This document shows, piece by piece, positions 48,303 through 60,990 of a stretch of DNA of 64,000 nucleotides. The translations under genes were made by a program, and so were the position numbers. Source of the DNA: Pocillopora damicornis. Lineage: Eukaryota. The stretch is from the NCBI RefSeq assembly GCF_003704095.1, contig NW_020843834.1, positions 806,001 through 870,000 on the forward strand. Reading direction: 5' to 3'. The notes beneath the pieces were generated by a model. The model saw nothing but the letters and a program-made list of their open reading frames with translations. It had not been told where the DNA came from and searched no databases. The number at the start of each line of letters is the position of its first letter. Position 1 is the stretch's first letter.

Positions 48303-51300
48303 CTCGCGGGGCAAGCGTAGGGTGCTAATCGGTTATTATCGATTAGCGACGTGTTAATACAGTACACGACAGCCACGCACGGAAGGCATGTTTTAATTTC
48401 ATTGTTTTACAAAGTCTATTATTTCTTGCACGCGAGGTCTCCAACGTCGCTCCATTACGTTGGACGTAGCGTGTGATCAACAGTCGATTTTCCAATAAGT
48501 AATGAGATAAATACTGTTAATAATAATTTAGTCAGCTAACTGATGAAGGACAAGAGCCACTTTTCCTAGAAATTCTAGTAATGCATGGTTAAAAGTTGAT
48601 ATCCAGGATATGTTTTTGGAGCTCAAGTGATTGACCCATATTAATGATGTTTATTTGTGTAAGATCCTTTCTTTCTCAGATGAGCCACACTCGATTTCTA
48701 CACTAGTGCTATCTATTCTCACTATAAAGCGGTCTCTCTTTTACGCCTACCCATCTGTTTTCCCTATTATTTTCTTAAAATGTTTTTCTCTATTTTCTAG
48801 CAAGTTGTCTGGTTACGTTTCAAAGGCAAAGCTTTAAGATCTATTTATTAACACAGTTGTAATTAAAAAAACCTAGCGGCCATTGTCTCAAAGATCACAC
48901 ATGAAGAACTTTTAAAAATAACTTTGACGAACAAGTTGAAAAATTAAGAATTCTCCACAACTATAAATAAAAAACAATGCTTGCTTTTTTGGTAGATCTA
49001 TATGGTTTGTTAGCGGACACTAAAACCCCTTGTGCTACAATAATCTAGCAAAATCATTTCCTGTCTGGAGAATATTTATGCTTAAATCCACAGTTGAAGG
49101 ATAATCGTAGTTAAATTCATAAAAAATTGAAGAAAATCAGCAAAATGGGTTTACTTGGTAGTCTGAGCTCAAACATAACAGCTTTTATTCAAGATATAAC
49201 AGGGTTACCCAGAGAACAGTGGAACTGCTTGGAAACAAACTGTCACATGAAGTTGACCTGATTAGTCAGCGTATGTTATGGCAAATGGAATCCCGATCCA
49301 GTTCGAGATAAATTATTTATAATTACTTTATAACCGTGAACGCAATGCCGGATCAGCTTTAGATTATTTTGTCCAATCTAGCCCTAACTGAGGCGAACAA
49401 ACTAGAGACTATGCTGCTTTTTTTCTTTTTTTTGCTTTTTTTCTGCGGTTGCATGTTCAAGGCCCAGTATTCTGCTAAGTCACTCACTTAGATAAAAGGA
49501 AACATCATCAGTCTTTTAATCCGCTTAGAAAATCCACTGGTTTGACCGGCACTTGTGCGTAAAAGAACCTTGAACCTTCGCGTTGATAAATAAATATTGT
49601 CCTGTGACTCTTGCCGAGTCATAGATTTTTCCAAAATCGTCGGTTTTACTTAGTTAAACTAGAGTTTGGTCACATAGAGAAAGCACGATTTTAAAAAGTT
49701 GCAAGAATTCTTGCACCTTAAAATTGTAAAGTTCAAATTAGACGCCAATTAGACCAACGTGTTTTAAACAATATCAGGATGATTTTTTTAAACTAGGATC
49801 ATTTTACTTTAAAGAAAAAGTCTGAAGCTCTCTTAGACAAGCTTAGTAACAGGAAATTGACTCATATGATAAGTAATGTTTCGTCTTTCTAAGCTTAATT
49901 TCTGAAAATATTTCTTACTCGAGAAGTTTGATTCAATTGATTAGAACGAGATCTCTTTTAAAGATTGTTTGAGATAAGTGTCCAACCACTGAAAGAAATT
50001 CGAAAAACCTCTGTTGGTATCTGCATAAAATCCTAACGAGAGAAAACTATTTGCCTTACCTAGGGCCAAAGTTCAGAAAGTCTCATGTTACCTAACAGAC
50101 TAAAGCCAAGCAGTGCTAGAATGCCTTTTATTGAAGGACTCCGTGGAATTCTGTTCCTAGCTGAAAGTGCAGTTTAGTTTGTTTACCTCAAGAGCGATAA
50201 AACCAACAAAAAAACACTTCTGTTTCAAAACATAGGTGACAAATCACTCCTACACCCTTCGCAGTGAGCTATGATACTATCCAAAAGACTCAACGCTTGC
50301 TCAAAATGTTTAATACTTATGCGAGGCCTTCATAGCCTTGAATCAAGATTTAAGACACAGCAAAACACACTCAAAACACATTGGAAATGTGGCGAAGAAC
50401 TTTCATCATTGTTCCTCAAGTATGAGAAGTGTTTAAAACTTTCGAGTAGATTCAGTAGAGTACTTAACGACATAAGAGTTGATGAATTAGATTAGAGCAA
50501 ATATTTTCTAGCGGTTTGGTAATGAGGCATCTGATCCTATGTCTCAGCTTTGCCTAGCAATTCAACATGTCTTCCCAACTTGTAGGTGTGCCAAATTCTC
50601 AGTCCTGCTCGGCCTAGTCTTTACAATCTTAGTTCATGTTGCAATCCCTATTTTTATCATCCTAAGGAAGCGGAAATTGGAAAGGAGTGCAAGCTAACAC
50701 ATGCTGCATTGAAGAGAAGATGCATTATTTAGCACGCGAAAACAGTGTCTTGAAGTATATTAAATTACGTAACCATCAACGGCTTTTCAGCAACCCGTTC
50801 TTGGTTGTGAAGGTTAGATTTTAAAGGACCACGTAGGTTGTTCTCTTATCTGGTATTCCGCACCCAGCCGGCCCAAAAGATGCAAGACAAAGTCGCTAGA
50901 GGTATCATAAGAAAAGACTGCAGTATTTAGGAATGACATTTTCTATTCTTTGGTCGTATACTTGCAACTATCAAAATTTTGCGTTGATCCTCCCAGAGAC
51001 GTTAACTTGCTTGTTGCACGCAAAATTTCCTTCAAGCAAAATGTTCACAATTCTTTCTTTAGTTAGTGTTCTAAACTTTGCCAAAGTGGAGCTCTAGTCT
51101 AACTAGTGGCCTTATGATCATTTTGCCTGTAAGTATCTTTTTTTGCTCAATAACATACTGCTAAACTAAGAGCAAAGACTGATTTCGCGAATTGTAGTAA
51201 AATCCTCCCGTATCTCAGGAGGTCCAGTAACTTCGTAAGTTAATTAAGGTGACGTAACAAACACTGCCTAACCTGGATATCCTTTCCTCAGCATTTTATC

Positions 51301-54300
51301 TTTAGTTTGTGCTATCAGAATATGGAAGCCCATTCGAAGCACTTTAGTGAACTGTTAGGGTTTGTAGGGAGACACCTGCACACGTTCAATTTTTAGTATC
51401 GATAATTGAAACACACAGGCAATTCCCCCTTTTATTGCCAAGCCTATCACGTGTCCAGGTCTCGGTTTAAGCCTGCCATATATGGTATTTGTCACGTGTT
51501 GTTTCACAGCACGGTTTGCATTCAGCCTCTCATGGCATAGATTTCATTCGCTAATGTACGCATTATGAGACTTTCGCTATTCGATCAAATAAATCATCAA
51601 AGTTGATTGGCGTGTTATGAACTTGATAGAAACCGAGACTGCGTGAATCAGACACAACACTTTTCTATTCAGGAAGGAGTATTTTTGATCTATAGCCTCA
51701 AAAGGGATAAGGAAAGAGTTAGATTGATGAATTTACTGAAACAAAACGAGTTCTGGCTGTTCAGTCATTTACGTTGCAAAGTGCGTTCGCTGACAAACGT
51801 GAAGAACAGTTTTCAGAAACTTTTCAGTGATATTAAGTTGTACACTTTGCGAATCGTACCAGCACAAACGCCTTATGAGGCATCCTATAAAAAAATTTCG
51901 TCCTGCAAGTCGTCTTTATTAACAACTTCATTGAATTTCCACATAAATACTTAGTAAAGGGGTTTTACGATAATGTAAGAGGAAACCACACGGGAACCTT
52001 AGCGAGCTGGTGGGCAAACCAAGAGCGTTTCACCTTAGTTCTTTACGAGCGCACTTGACACGAGCTTAGCACCATCAGCACCATAATGCCTTCAAATTTA
52101 CAGGAGTTAATTTGCAGTGTGTCCATTGTAATAATACCTATCCTTTAGAAATCCTTCTAAATTTTCTCCATCCGTTACTATCCTAGTTTTTTCTAAGGTT
52201 AATTCTTCATTCTCTGGTGTTTTACCGCTCTAGTAAAGTTTGTTTTTAGGGATTCCTTCCAGTTTAACGACGATTTTCAAAACTCAAGAAATAGCTGAAA
52301 TATCTTCACCAATTTTAAAAAAAACACACGGATGATATAATACAGATATTAAGTTAACTCTATGATAGGCTTTTTTTCTTGGCTTAGAGAAACCAGTGTA
52401 TGTAAGAGCACATTGAGACTCGGAGAATGACGCTATTGCAGCGAGTCACGTTTGCGTGACAAATGCATATAACGTGTTAAGTTCAAAGTTTACTGAAGCT
52501 CCAATCACTTGCCGGTGAATCCCAAAATACTAGCATATCAGGATTTGGTCTCCACTTTTTGTTGAATTTTAAGTCTAGATTTAAATGAGATGGAAAAGGG
52601 ATCGATGTAATTTATACCAATGGTGCACCGTTCTTTTCACATAGTCGAATATTTTGCATACCATACTTGAATGGTTATTTTAAGGTTACCAATCGTCTGG
52701 TAATTGACATTTAAGCTAGAGGATCAGTCTAGTCGCTAATGTGTGGCCTCCGAGATTTCTAGAAGACCTTCTGTCGATTTGGTTTAAACTGTTTTTTCAT
52801 GATATATGAAAGGATTTCCGGTTGAGCGATAAAAAAGGCTCTTGTGTGTCAAATCTATTAGAGCTCCAGTCTTACTCTCTCTGTGGTATTCCTCTTAAGT
52901 ACTTAGGGGATCTGTGGTCGAATTGTTTTAAGACTGTTTTCCTAGGGTATAAAAAAGAATTTCCGGTTCAGCCGAAAAAAGCATCTTATATGGCCAAAAT
53001 TGGTGAGCAAGAAATTAGGTCAAGTTAAGCTGGTCAAGTTCAACCTCGAATTCTCCCAGTATTTACCATGAAAGACATCGTGAACCATCTCACGAGTCAT
53101 ATTTCAATTCTTTCATTTCCAAAATCTAGATGTTAACTCTCCTATGTGTTGGTCACATATGTCTTTGTTAGCTATTTCTAATAGTTTGTTGTTGTATTAA
53201 AACGAGATTGTCTTGGTGAAAATTTACTCAACTCTCATTATCTGTCTGCTATATAGTTTACAAGCTTATAATGATAATTTTTTGAAAACATCGGTTTGGG
53301 AGTCAAAAGGTTAGCAACAACCTTAAATCTTGCAGTTCCCAAGAATTTGATTAAAGGATATTTGCTGGATATTGATTAAAAAAAAACTGTTTCTCTGTGA
53401 CGAAGGATTTCCGGTGGAACAAAGGTTACACACTCAGTCGAGAAACGATGACTATGGCGTAAAGGACGCTTAAAATCCTTTAGGCCGTGGTGTTTTCAAA
53501 GCAAGCTGAGATAGGTATTACTTTCCACAAATTATAGGCCTGAGGTCGGGTTTTTCGAACTCGAATGTAGCATATGTATGTAAGCAGCGACAAAAAGATT
53601 TACGTTTCGACAAACCATTTTTTTTTTCGTGACATATGCGATTACCAGTTGCCGGCTTCCACTTCCTGATATAAAGAGTTCTTATCTCACGTTGATTTGA
53701 AGATAATGGCTGTGCTATGTAGGATTATATAAATTACGTCTTATTTTTTCCAGAGTTTTTTTTTAGCGTGACTGGTGCAAACAAGATTTCTTTGATAATT
53801 TTCCCTAGTTTTCAACAACAAGGTCCCACCTTTTTGTTAGGGTACCTTATAGCTTATATTGCTTAATAACGTATTCTTGTGGTTTAAATTTGGTAACACA
53901 AAACCATCATTTGGCAAACGCTACCTGAAATTCCCTTCGATTCTTGCTCGTTCGTGCTTTACTAATGTCTCCCGCCTTTTCTGTAGCGTCCTCACGTGAG
54001 CGATGCCTCGCTGGACATTTGTTTTATGTTGAATTTGGGGTGTGACATGGATGCATCTACTGCTAACTTGTCAACACCTTAAGGTGGAATGACTGCTAAT
54101 CACCAAAAAATGACAAATGACAAAACACATGCTAGTTCTGTGTGCATCAAAATAAAATTCTTTAAAAATGGAGTCATACCTAATTTTCAGCGGCTGCATT
54201 CTTTCATGAGCTTGTTGTATTCAGTTTTTCTCAGCCATGCTACTGTAGCTGTTATCCACATACATGGCCTTAGTGTATTACGCCTTCATTCTATCTGAAT

Positions 54301-56729
54301 TAAATAAAATCTTCGTTTATAGAATAAAGATGATCTAGAAGACTTTAGGTGGCAATATTTCCACGCTTAGCTTTCTTTCTTAAGAATATTTTCTTCTTAT
54401 TTGGCCAGATTCAATTAGTGTAAAAAAAATATTGAACGTGGAAGGAAAATTCTGCAATGCTTAACATTTTTGGAGTGATTGAATTCTCTTTTCTGCTATT
54501 AATTAGTAGACACGCAATAATTTTCAAAGGTAATGTGAACTGTCTGCAAAAATGAAGGAATTTTGACGCTCGTCTCGTCTACCAGTCCTCGTATTGGACA
54601 CAGTAACTTATGAATTGAATTGTTGTCTCCTTTGGTTGACTTAACAAAGGATCGTATTTAATTGTGTGACAAAGATGTCTCTCTCTTCAAAGGACATGCA
54701 AGTGAAAACCATCAACTGAAGAATTCCCGTTGATCACAACTGACGAGTTGTTTTAAATATATAAGAAACGGCTTAAGACCTAGCAAATTCATTGTTTTGC
54801 GCGCATTAGCATTTATAATTCAGCATGGGACAGGATTAAATTAAAGGCACAATGTAAACACAAATTGATATATTTAGATGCAAATACAAGGAGTTGTTTA
54901 ACTGTATTCTTGCACTTTCGGTATAATCGTATGGAAAAGACTTTAGAGTGGAGTAAATATCACCGGTAGGAAACTCCATTTACAGATAATATGCTGAGGA
55001 AGAGCGTTTGAAATCGAACCCATTGAAGGAAAACAGACACTTGTGTTTCCCAGTGCTGACCCCGAGCCGTCCATCCGCCGGCTGACCTTAGATGTGTTGC
55101 CTTAGCAAAAATTTCCAACCCTGTTAACGAAGCATACGAAAAGAAGTAGCTTACGATAGCTTACTGAAATTTTTTTTTGGAAAATTTTCTTTTGAAATGA
55201 AGGATTCTTAGTCGTTTTTTCCAGCTCTTAATACCTCGGTAACCTTGCATCACGAAAGCTATTTAAAAATCTTGTTTACAGCTTTATCTTTTCGATCTCT
55301 AGGGTTCATTCAAATCCATGTGCTTTCAGTTTCAAAGCTTTTGTACCTAAACATGTACACATTTTTTTAACAATGAACATCTAAGCTTATTTGTAGCCCG
55401 TGATGTGCGATCGATTTTCATTAGGATATAATTTTGCGCCTCTACAGATTTGCTCGGTTCAGATTTAAGATGTTACATGGATTTTTGGGAGGGGCTGGAA
55501 GAAAATATAACATATAAACCCTCTCAATGAGATTTTAACTAAATTAAGAAACATATTAACTATATAACTGTGTTAGATAGTTATGTAGAAATATTTATGA
55601 GACCCTTGTATTTTAAATTGGAAAATCAAGGATTCCTAATTTGAAAGAGAAGGATTCCTCTGACAAGACGGTCGAGCTACCGTATAATATTGAAAAGAAA
55701 ACAGCGTGGTAACTGCGCTTTCTGGTTCCAAACGAGTAGAGGAAGATTGAACCTCTTCATATTATGTCGGGAAAACAACATCTGCAGTGATTTCATCAAA
55801 AAAGCTCTTAGAGTCAACGGCCGATGCGCTTCCCCGCTTGTGCGAGCGAAACATGCACAGTATGATAAGTTTCGTATTTCCAAGTCGTGGAAACAAGGCA
55901 GATATATTGGGATCTTGCCAATGGGGTCAATCCGGCTCAGACATCACGCAGGTCAGATATGATAATTAAAAGTTTGTAAATGAGTAAAATATGATTGTCT
56001 ATTGATATTTCTTGACTATCCTTCTTCCGATGGAAGTAGCATGCATTCATTATCACGAAGAACCTTCAGGAAACAGCGTTTTCATGGCATTTTTTATACA
56101 TAATCATGCGTACTTCACGTCCAGTTGCGTCCAAGTCTGCACGTGATTGACCCTTGGTAATACAAATCGGCCTCCTGTGAGTTTGTTTATACAACTCCCT
56201 TGAGTACAGTTTTTATTGGACTCTGCGCGGGCCAGACTATCAACTCAATTAAGCTTTTATTTTATATCCCTCGATGAATGATAGGACTTGATGAACAGTG
56301 TTTATTCCTTGAAACTACGGGTGGAATCCTTGAAACCCTTTCCAAAGCATTGATCTCTTTAGGGTTCTCTTTTTGATAATAACAGTTTTATCATAAAGAA
56401 GAAGTTGTTATATGTGGCAGAGTGATTTTTTAAGGGTGCACACGAAAGAACATCATGAGACCCGGCATAGCGTGACTCAAGTCCTGAAGAAAGGTTGGTA
56501 AACCAGGCATGGTTATCGTGTTATCAAACAAATTTCTGTGACAAAGGTTAGGAAAACACTTGAATTATTTGAAGAAGAATTGTAATAAATATATACCTGA
56601 TAAAGTAGCTTCACAGGTTTAGCAGTACAGAAAAGGGGTTTCTAAACGTCATTAACATTCTGCCGCTTTTTTAAATAAAGTAGTTCTGCGGTTGATTCTT
56701 TTTAAGTATTAATTAAAAAAGATTCTTAC

Positions 56730-56891
56730 CTACAGCCTGGTCGGGGCAACGTAGTTGATTTAGATGTTGAAAATCTTAAGCTTGAAGTCCTCGATTGATT
56801 CCTTACTTCTGTAATCTCTGTCTTTATTTTATATACTTCCCTTACACTTCCAAATAGACTTCATTTACCCGCCGTCTCGCGCGCATTTATA
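56730..56891 (-). promoter_or_regulatory. Second candidate TATA plus non-coding first exon
   Basis: TATAAAT at 56891-56885 followed by a GC-rich spacer, and a strong donor TAG|GTAAGA after 56730. Confidence 0.3.
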
Positions 56892-59800
56892 ACAAAATGT
56901 GGTCAGCGGTGTAGGCATTTTTAGCCACGGCGCGACACTCGAGCTCCATTTTTGGTTGGTAATTTGCCAAAGTCATGGACAACGCGTGGTGAAAGCATTC
57001 TTTGAATGAGAAAATGCTTTTCGCTTTGGGCCTTCTTATATGAATAAGTTGGTATAAAATTGCAATGAAACGTAGCAAATTTTTCATTGCAGCCAGAAAA
57101 AGAGGAAAATAACTGTTTACTGAATCATTTTGTTCCCCCTCCTCCTCCACGCTACTATAAAATATCCTGTAAAACGTAGGACCTAAACGCGACCCTATCG
57201 ATGTCACTAAAAATTTGTCGGCAAATCTCAGTATAATTAACGGGAACTTGCAAAAGCTGTTTGTTCCGGAGTGCTGACCGAGTCCGATAGGCCGACAAAG
57301 GTGTATGTCGGATGAAACGAAATATTTCTGAACAGACAAATGTTTTTGACCTTCGAAAGCCAAAGGCATGATTTAGAACTTCACGCATATCGCATATCAT
57401 GTCTTCGATTTTGATCTCGGTAATTCTTTTTTTCCGATAGCTAGCTTATCAAATTTTGTTAGTAACTGTTTTTTTTTCTCAGTTAAAGAAGTTACAGGTC
57501 ACAGTCGATGGCAGAACATAAAACCCAATTTTACACCTGTTTTTTACTATATCAATTTTCTCCCCTCTTTCCTCGCTACTGACCAATTGAGTAGACTTGT
57601 GACGTGGACTGAAGGGGCCAGATAAAACGTAGTGGACTTTTCAAAAATCACTGCTTCCTTCTATGAGTGCAATGACGCGAATGTGAAATCTGTCTCTTGA
57701 AAAAAAAAAGTACTGGAGCTTTTCGCGTACTTCTTAAAAGCAGATTCGATTCACTATTTAGCCATGAAAAGATGAAATAAAGAGAGCATCAAAGAAACTG
57801 AATCTACAAACGAAATGAAGATTTTGAGTCCCGATAACTGCAGTCTAAACTACCAACCTTCTAAATGTTCCATAACCTTCTAAATTATTCTCTCATCCAG
57901 AATACATCATACTTGTAAAGCTGGATTTCCACCTTCAAGAGATAAAGCAAACCTTTGGAAAATTGGTCAAAAACTAAGTTTTCCTCAAGAGGTATCCACT
58001 CTCAACTGGAGGATTTTGATTACAATCTCGCAGAAACGAAGATCATTTTGGAGCCTGTCACGTGTATATGACGTAGCGATTACCATATAAGGTACTTTCA
58101 TCCCAGCTTAGCTTTGTTTTGCTTTTTGCTCGAGGCATCAAGATCCCGACTTTGTATCAAAGGTCCACAGAGAAAGGATTCCATCATAGTTGCGACGTTT
58201 CATAAAAGTTTTGATGGGAAATTCTCATCGCGTATAACCTCATCGGAATGTATTTTCAGTGCGAGTGGTTCTTTGAACCTCATAATTATTTTAATTGCTT
58301 CAAAAATTTCTGTAGGTAACTCCCTATCGTGAAATGCCAGATACAGAACGATTGATGTTGAAATAAAAGCTGCGCAGTACACGCTATGAATTGATCAATC
58401 GAGTTTTGGACCACGTTCTGTCAAAAGACCTACACTGAAACACTGACGTCGGATGTCTGAACGGACTTCTAACTCTTACGGTTTTGTGCGAGATCTACAA
58501 TTGTATAAGGAACGTTCTTTCTTACTCCATCCTTTCCCTCGTTTTTTAGAAATTTCTCATAAATTTTCTTGAACTAAATTTTTAGTCACAGAGAACATTA
58601 AAGGTTTGCTAGATGTCATTACCCTACTCAACTCGAAACCAAGAATATCGAACGAACGATAAACGTCTAAAGCGTCGGAAATTAACTTAATTGCATATGA
58701 AACGAACGCCTTGAAGCAAATGGCCTTTCTTTGTACATCAGAAGAAAGCACGTTTAACTTCAATTCTGGTGTTGCGTAACTGGTACTCTGCCTTCAAGTA
58801 TTGAATAGCTTATTCTCACAAAGCCTACTTCAAAATCGAGTTTGGGCTCTATGAGTGTGGACACAAGATTTGTTCTCATAAACATCCACAGTAGCTCACT
58901 CAAATCTAGCTATTATTGACTCTGATCTCGATCTCTATAGTGTCAATTGGATGATCGCATGCATTCGTCCAGCAGAAAACCGGAACAACGCACATGCGTG
59001 ATTTCTAAAGCATGAATATCGTCACACGAAACTCTTTGTCACGTAAAAATGAGTCTGCAAATTCTAAGTATGGTTTAGATTAGCGACATATGCTACGTGT
59101 TGGCAAGTTCCTGCAAGGTTTGGTAGCAGAACAATTTGCGGTTTGCTCCCAAAACATAACGATTTTGGCACACTTTTATGACCTCCGGAAACAAGAGACA
59201 AGACTTGGAACCGGATATCACGCATCAAGCTATAGATTTTTATTTGCGTATTTTTTTCCTGATAGCTATAGATAATCAAATTTAATTCATATTTGTGATT
59301 TTTTTTTATTTTTGTTGTTGTTGTTGTTTTATTTAGGATTCAAAAATTTAAAAGTCTTGGTACAAGCCTGTTTGTGCTTAAAACAATATACCGACTGTCC
59401 GTTGAACTGAAACGATACTTTTATCTAAATTATGCTTAGAGTACTGACAAGACGCTGTTAGTTCACCAATGCAATTGTCTTAAAGAAATATACCCAGCTT
59501 AGAAAAAAAGAAAAATCCTTGATCAGTGTATAGAAATAAACTATCATAATATCATCTTTTTATGCTTGCCCAGCTTGTTAATACAGATAAGTGCTCAGTT
59601 TCACGTGGTGTCCCCAATGATGTCGATGTGTAACTGTAGTACAGTACACAAAAACTCTTTGGTTATTAAGTGAGATAATCTACAGTGTCGACCATGATAA
59701 ACTTGAAAGTAAACCCTCTTTACTAATGGGGTATCTTGAGTTTATCCCTAAAATTATTGCCTCTGGTTAGAATTCGCGTTTAGTTAAGCAAGAGTCAAGG

Positions 59801-60835
59801 CACCCTGTGCTCTCTATTTCGTAAATTCCATGTCAGGTTAGGGGACATCACATCATCTAAGGATAACTATTTAAAGGTTAATGGTAGGAAAATGTCTATC
59901 GGCAGCAAGAAGTTTAGAGAACACAAATCCTGACTATCGTTGCTGTACGTGGTATTTGTAGGCAAACGTGCAATAGGATCGTGCAAAGTTCAATATGGTT
60001 TAGATTTAACAATCATATAGACACAAACTGAGATCACCAAACAAGACAATTTGACTTTGCCTTCCTCAGTTTGGAACTAATTCTCCGACAACCCAGAAAA
60101 TAAGACAAAATGCTCGATTTTATTGGTCAGTGATAAGGTTCTAATTTATTTGACCAAATTAAAGCACGAGCATCGAAATTGTCTAATTATAACTCTACAA
60201 GACCTGCCCGGTTTTGATTCTTTCCCATAACAGAAACGTCAGGCCTGTTAAAATCCTAAGACCTGTATAGAAACATGAATTACACCTTAAAATCTGTTGC
60301 CAATTTTTTTCGCTCCTGTTTCCCTTGGATAACTTTCTCGCTTTCGTTAATCAGATATGACAAACATTTTACAGCACTGTCATCGTGATATCCTGTGTCA
60401 ATTGATCAATCGCGTGCATTTCGCAGAGTGAAATTACGGGAAACAATGCACATGCATGATACTCTGGATGTCACGAAGCTTAAAAAAATCCAAAGGTCCA
60501 CTTCACGTTTGCCGTATGCTTAAGTGTCGACGGCTGGGCTCCAAATTAATCATTTTCTACTTTATTTGTACATTGTTTTCCAAATCGTTGATCCTAACTG
60601 TAAGGAGGACTTTTGTCACTTATGAACCGAGTAGTAATGGCGTAACTCATCGTAGTCCGGCTCTGTCCCACGCTCGAAACAAAGAGAAAAAAACTTATTT
60701 CTTTATTTCATTAAGGCGCCTAAAAATTCACCATCTCTCCTTTTTTTTTTTTATAACTCACAAGACCATTTCTGCATGTAAAACTATTGTCCAATATAAA
60801 CCTCGGATACAGGGAAGCTCGTAAATGAGACTCTT

Positions 60836-60990
60836 TCTGGCTCAGCGTGATAGCATCAGATTGCTACATCTAAAGGTCTAAGGGTCGATTCGTCCACGAA
60901 GGGGGACTTTTTTTTCTTCTTTTCTCATGGCCCTGCTCCAATTAATAACATTGGTATTTTCTTCATAGAGTTACCCAAATTGATCATTAT
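60836..60990 (+). mobile_element. Decayed tRNA-derived SINE
   Basis: A-box-like tggctcagcgtga and B-box-like gggtcgattcg. Related sequence near 3540-3670 (ggttcgattcg) and 60625-60740. Confidence 0.4.

Noticed and set aside
48536-48580. Second hammerhead-like CTGATGA..GAAA
   Set aside because: Stem II is weak and mis-spaced, and there is no convincing stem I or III.
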